A stretch of 64,000 nucleotides of DNA from an uncultured Candidatus Saccharibacteria bacterium. GTDB lineage: Bacteria > Patescibacteriota > Saccharimonadia > CAILAD01 > GCA-016700035. Below the pieces are notes generated by a model that searched no databases, was not told the origin of the DNA, and was given only the letters and a program-made list of their open reading frames with translations. Location of the stretch: assembly GCA_964583675.1 (NCBI GenBank), contig CAZOVH010000002.1, positions 71,548-135,547 of the forward strand. The letters are read 5' to 3'. Each line of letters begins with the position of its first letter. Position 1 is the stretch's first letter. Positions 60,121 through 64,000 of this stretch are shown one piece after another. The position numbers were made by a program, and so were the translations under genes.

Positions 60121-61206
60121 CTACTGGTAGCGCTGTGAGTTTACCGCCCACTGCTTGGTCTTAACGTCTTGGCTCACCAAAAACGCATACGTCTGCGTGT
60201 AAGTTGTGTCTGCCGAGTAATCAGACTTTGAAACAAACGTGATAGTTTCGATTACTTCGTACTGATCGCCTTTTTTATCGGTATTCACCCGCCGATACGT
60301 AGTTGGATAATTAAACTGTCGACTTGTAGAGGTAACTTGAGAAAAATCGTATTCGGCCGCGAACGCCGCCGTCATATACTGACGCATCTCGGTAGTATTG
60401 CCGGCAATATAGGCTTGGGTCCAGAGTGAAACTGCTTCTTCAGCGTTAGCCTTATCCTGTTTGGCCTGATCCTCGGCAGATTTTTGCTCATCTTGCTTAG
60501 CTTTTTCTTCGTCCTGGGCCGTTTGATACGCCTCAATTACCGTGGCATAGCGCTCATTGAGCTTAAAGAAATTATCGGGATAAAAACCTTCTAGGTAACT
60601 TATTTGCTTCTTCACATCTTCCAGAGCAAGTTTTGTAGCTGTCGCGACGGAGCTTAGTTCATCAAGCTGCGCATCATCAACTTCTTTCAAATTCGCAGCC
60701 TGGCTTTTCGCTAGACTCACATACTTATCAAGCTGCTCTAAGCCTTTAAGATATTCTGTTTTTGCCGCTTTATCCCCCAGAAGCTCAGGCATTTTTTGCG
60801 TAGCAGCCTGACTGTCATCAACTTTGTTCTGCATATCGAGTAGGCTTTTCTCAACATCGCCAAAGCTCGTGTAGGTGGCCTGCTCGGCATCTGTTGTCAC
60901 AAGCTCAGAGGCAGAGACAAGTTCGCGCCAGTTTTTCGAATAAAATTCCTGGGCAGCCGTACGATTACGCCACCAAATAAATGCCGTCGCGGCAGCCGCT
61001 AGAAGCCCAGCAATAAGCAATGCAATCAACCATGTTTTTGGACGCTTGTACCAAGGTCGTAAATCTACCTGCTTCTTTTCCATACCATCAGTAAGCTCAG
61101 CTGCGGTATTGGACTGCGCTGACTCACCCGATTCATCTTGCGACTTTTCGTCGAGCCCCAGCTGATCTTCTAAGATCGGTTCTGATTGATCCTTGTCTTT
61201 TTCCAT
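60121..61206 (-). CDS. Membrane-anchored coiled-coil surface protein
   Basis: Acidic N-terminus, single TM after PWYKRPKTW, helical extracytoplasmic region; likely ATG at 61206. Confidence 0.8.
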   Translation of the reverse strand: MEKDKDQSEPILEDQLGLDEKSQDESGESAQSNTAAELTDGMEKKQVDLRPWYKRPKTWLIALLIAGLLAAAATAFIWWRNRTAAQEFYSKNWRELVSASELVTTDAEQATYTSFGDVEKSLLDMQNKVDDSQAATQKMPELLGDKAAKTEYLKGLEQLDKYVSLAKSQAANLKEVDDAQLDELSSVATATKLALEDVKKQISYLEGFYPDNFFKLNERYATVIEAYQTAQDEEKAKQDEQKSAEDQAKQDKANAEEAVSLWTQAYIAGNTTEMRQYMTAAFAAEYDFSQVTSTSRQFNYPTTYRRVNTDKKGDQYEVIETITFVSKSDYSADTTYTQTYAFLVSQDVKTKQWAVNSQRYQ

Positions 61207-61249
61207 TACCCTTATGGTACGCCAACAGGGCGCCTGCAACAAGTTCCCA

Positions 61250-61293
61250 TTGACAAAGTTGCAAAACAGTAACAAAATACGTTTTTAGCACCT
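61250..61293 (+). promoter_or_regulatory. Unit 12 promoter plus GCACCT motif
   Basis: TTGACA 61250-55, N17, CAAAAT 61273-78, GCACCT 61288-93, AAGGAG SD. Confidence 0.78.
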
Positions 61294-61314
61294 TTCGAGA
61301 ACCAAGGAGCAGCT

Positions 61315-61653
61315 ATGCGCATCGTCTACGAGCTCTACAGTCCAGCATTTACACGCGTGGACGCAAAGGGTAAACGCGCCCACGTTCCCGGCTACACCTA
61401 CTTCAAGCGCAGCTTCCGCACCGGACAGCGTGGAGCGATTCGTAAGGCTAAGCGCATCTACATGCGTCTACGCCCAGAACCTGGTCGTCGCATTTTTCTG
61501 CGCAAGCTGGTCCTCGACAAGTCCTACGCCAGTTTGGAAGTCGTAGATACATGCGATACCTCCCCGATCATGCTGCCAAAGCACACCCGCGTGAACGACT
61601 CTCGTGGTCTCAGGCACGAATGGGACGAGTTCCGACTAGTGCCACACTGGTAA
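61315..61653 (+). CDS. Small basic hypothetical protein (unit 12)
   Basis: 112 aa Arg/Lys-rich ORF with SD, promoter and terminator. Confidence 0.75.
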   Translation: MRIVYELYSPAFTRVDAKGKRAHVPGYTYFKRSFRTGQRGAIRKAKRIYMRLRPEPGRRIFLRKLVLDKSYASLEVVDTCDTSPIMLPKHTRVNDSRGLRHEWDEFRLVPHW

Positions 61654-61659
61654 CCACTT

Positions 61660-61689
61660 TCCTCAGGATAATTTTTTCCTGGGGATTTT

Positions 61690-61691
<2 letters not shown>
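61660..61691 (+). terminator. Intrinsic terminator of unit 12
   Basis: TCCTCAGGA-N8-TCCTGGGGA-TTTTTT. Confidence 0.7.

Positions 61692-64000
<2,309 letters not shown>

Overview
A 64 kb chromosomal segment, almost entirely minus-strand coded, from a reduced-genome Patescibacteria (CPR) bacterium. It is probably Saccharimonadia-like; this is inferred from gene content, the divergent EF-G and the Zn-finger-less LigA. Genetic code 11. The core content is the S10/spc ribosomal genes, tuf, fusA, rpsG/L, rpoB/C, tig-clpP, recG, tyrS, PBP1A, nusA-clpC-radA, rnhB, rplS, dnaE, gatCAB and ligA. Five things stand out. (1) Twelve self-contained transcription units are scattered between or inside conserved operons (orphans, pyrC, pyrD, a gmk-like gene, a mini class II aaRS-like cluster and one possibly non-coding unit). 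All share one architecture: sigma70-like promoter, a G[T/C]ACCT hexamer 9-15 nt after the -10 box, usually an SD, then ORF(s) and an own terminator. Many core genes, by contrast, look leaderless. (2) A 3.7 kb serine-recombinase element is integrated at the CCA end of tRNA-Leu(TAG). Its attP lies inside the recombinase gene, and it carries a second, intact, inverted attP copy that could flip the cargo or swap the recombinase C-terminus. (3) EF-G has an NKxD to NKIN G4 change and a rewritten G5 loop. (4) CIRCE-like operators precede tig-clpP and nusA-clpC. (5) LigA lacks its C4 Zn finger. All calls were made by eye, without database searches.
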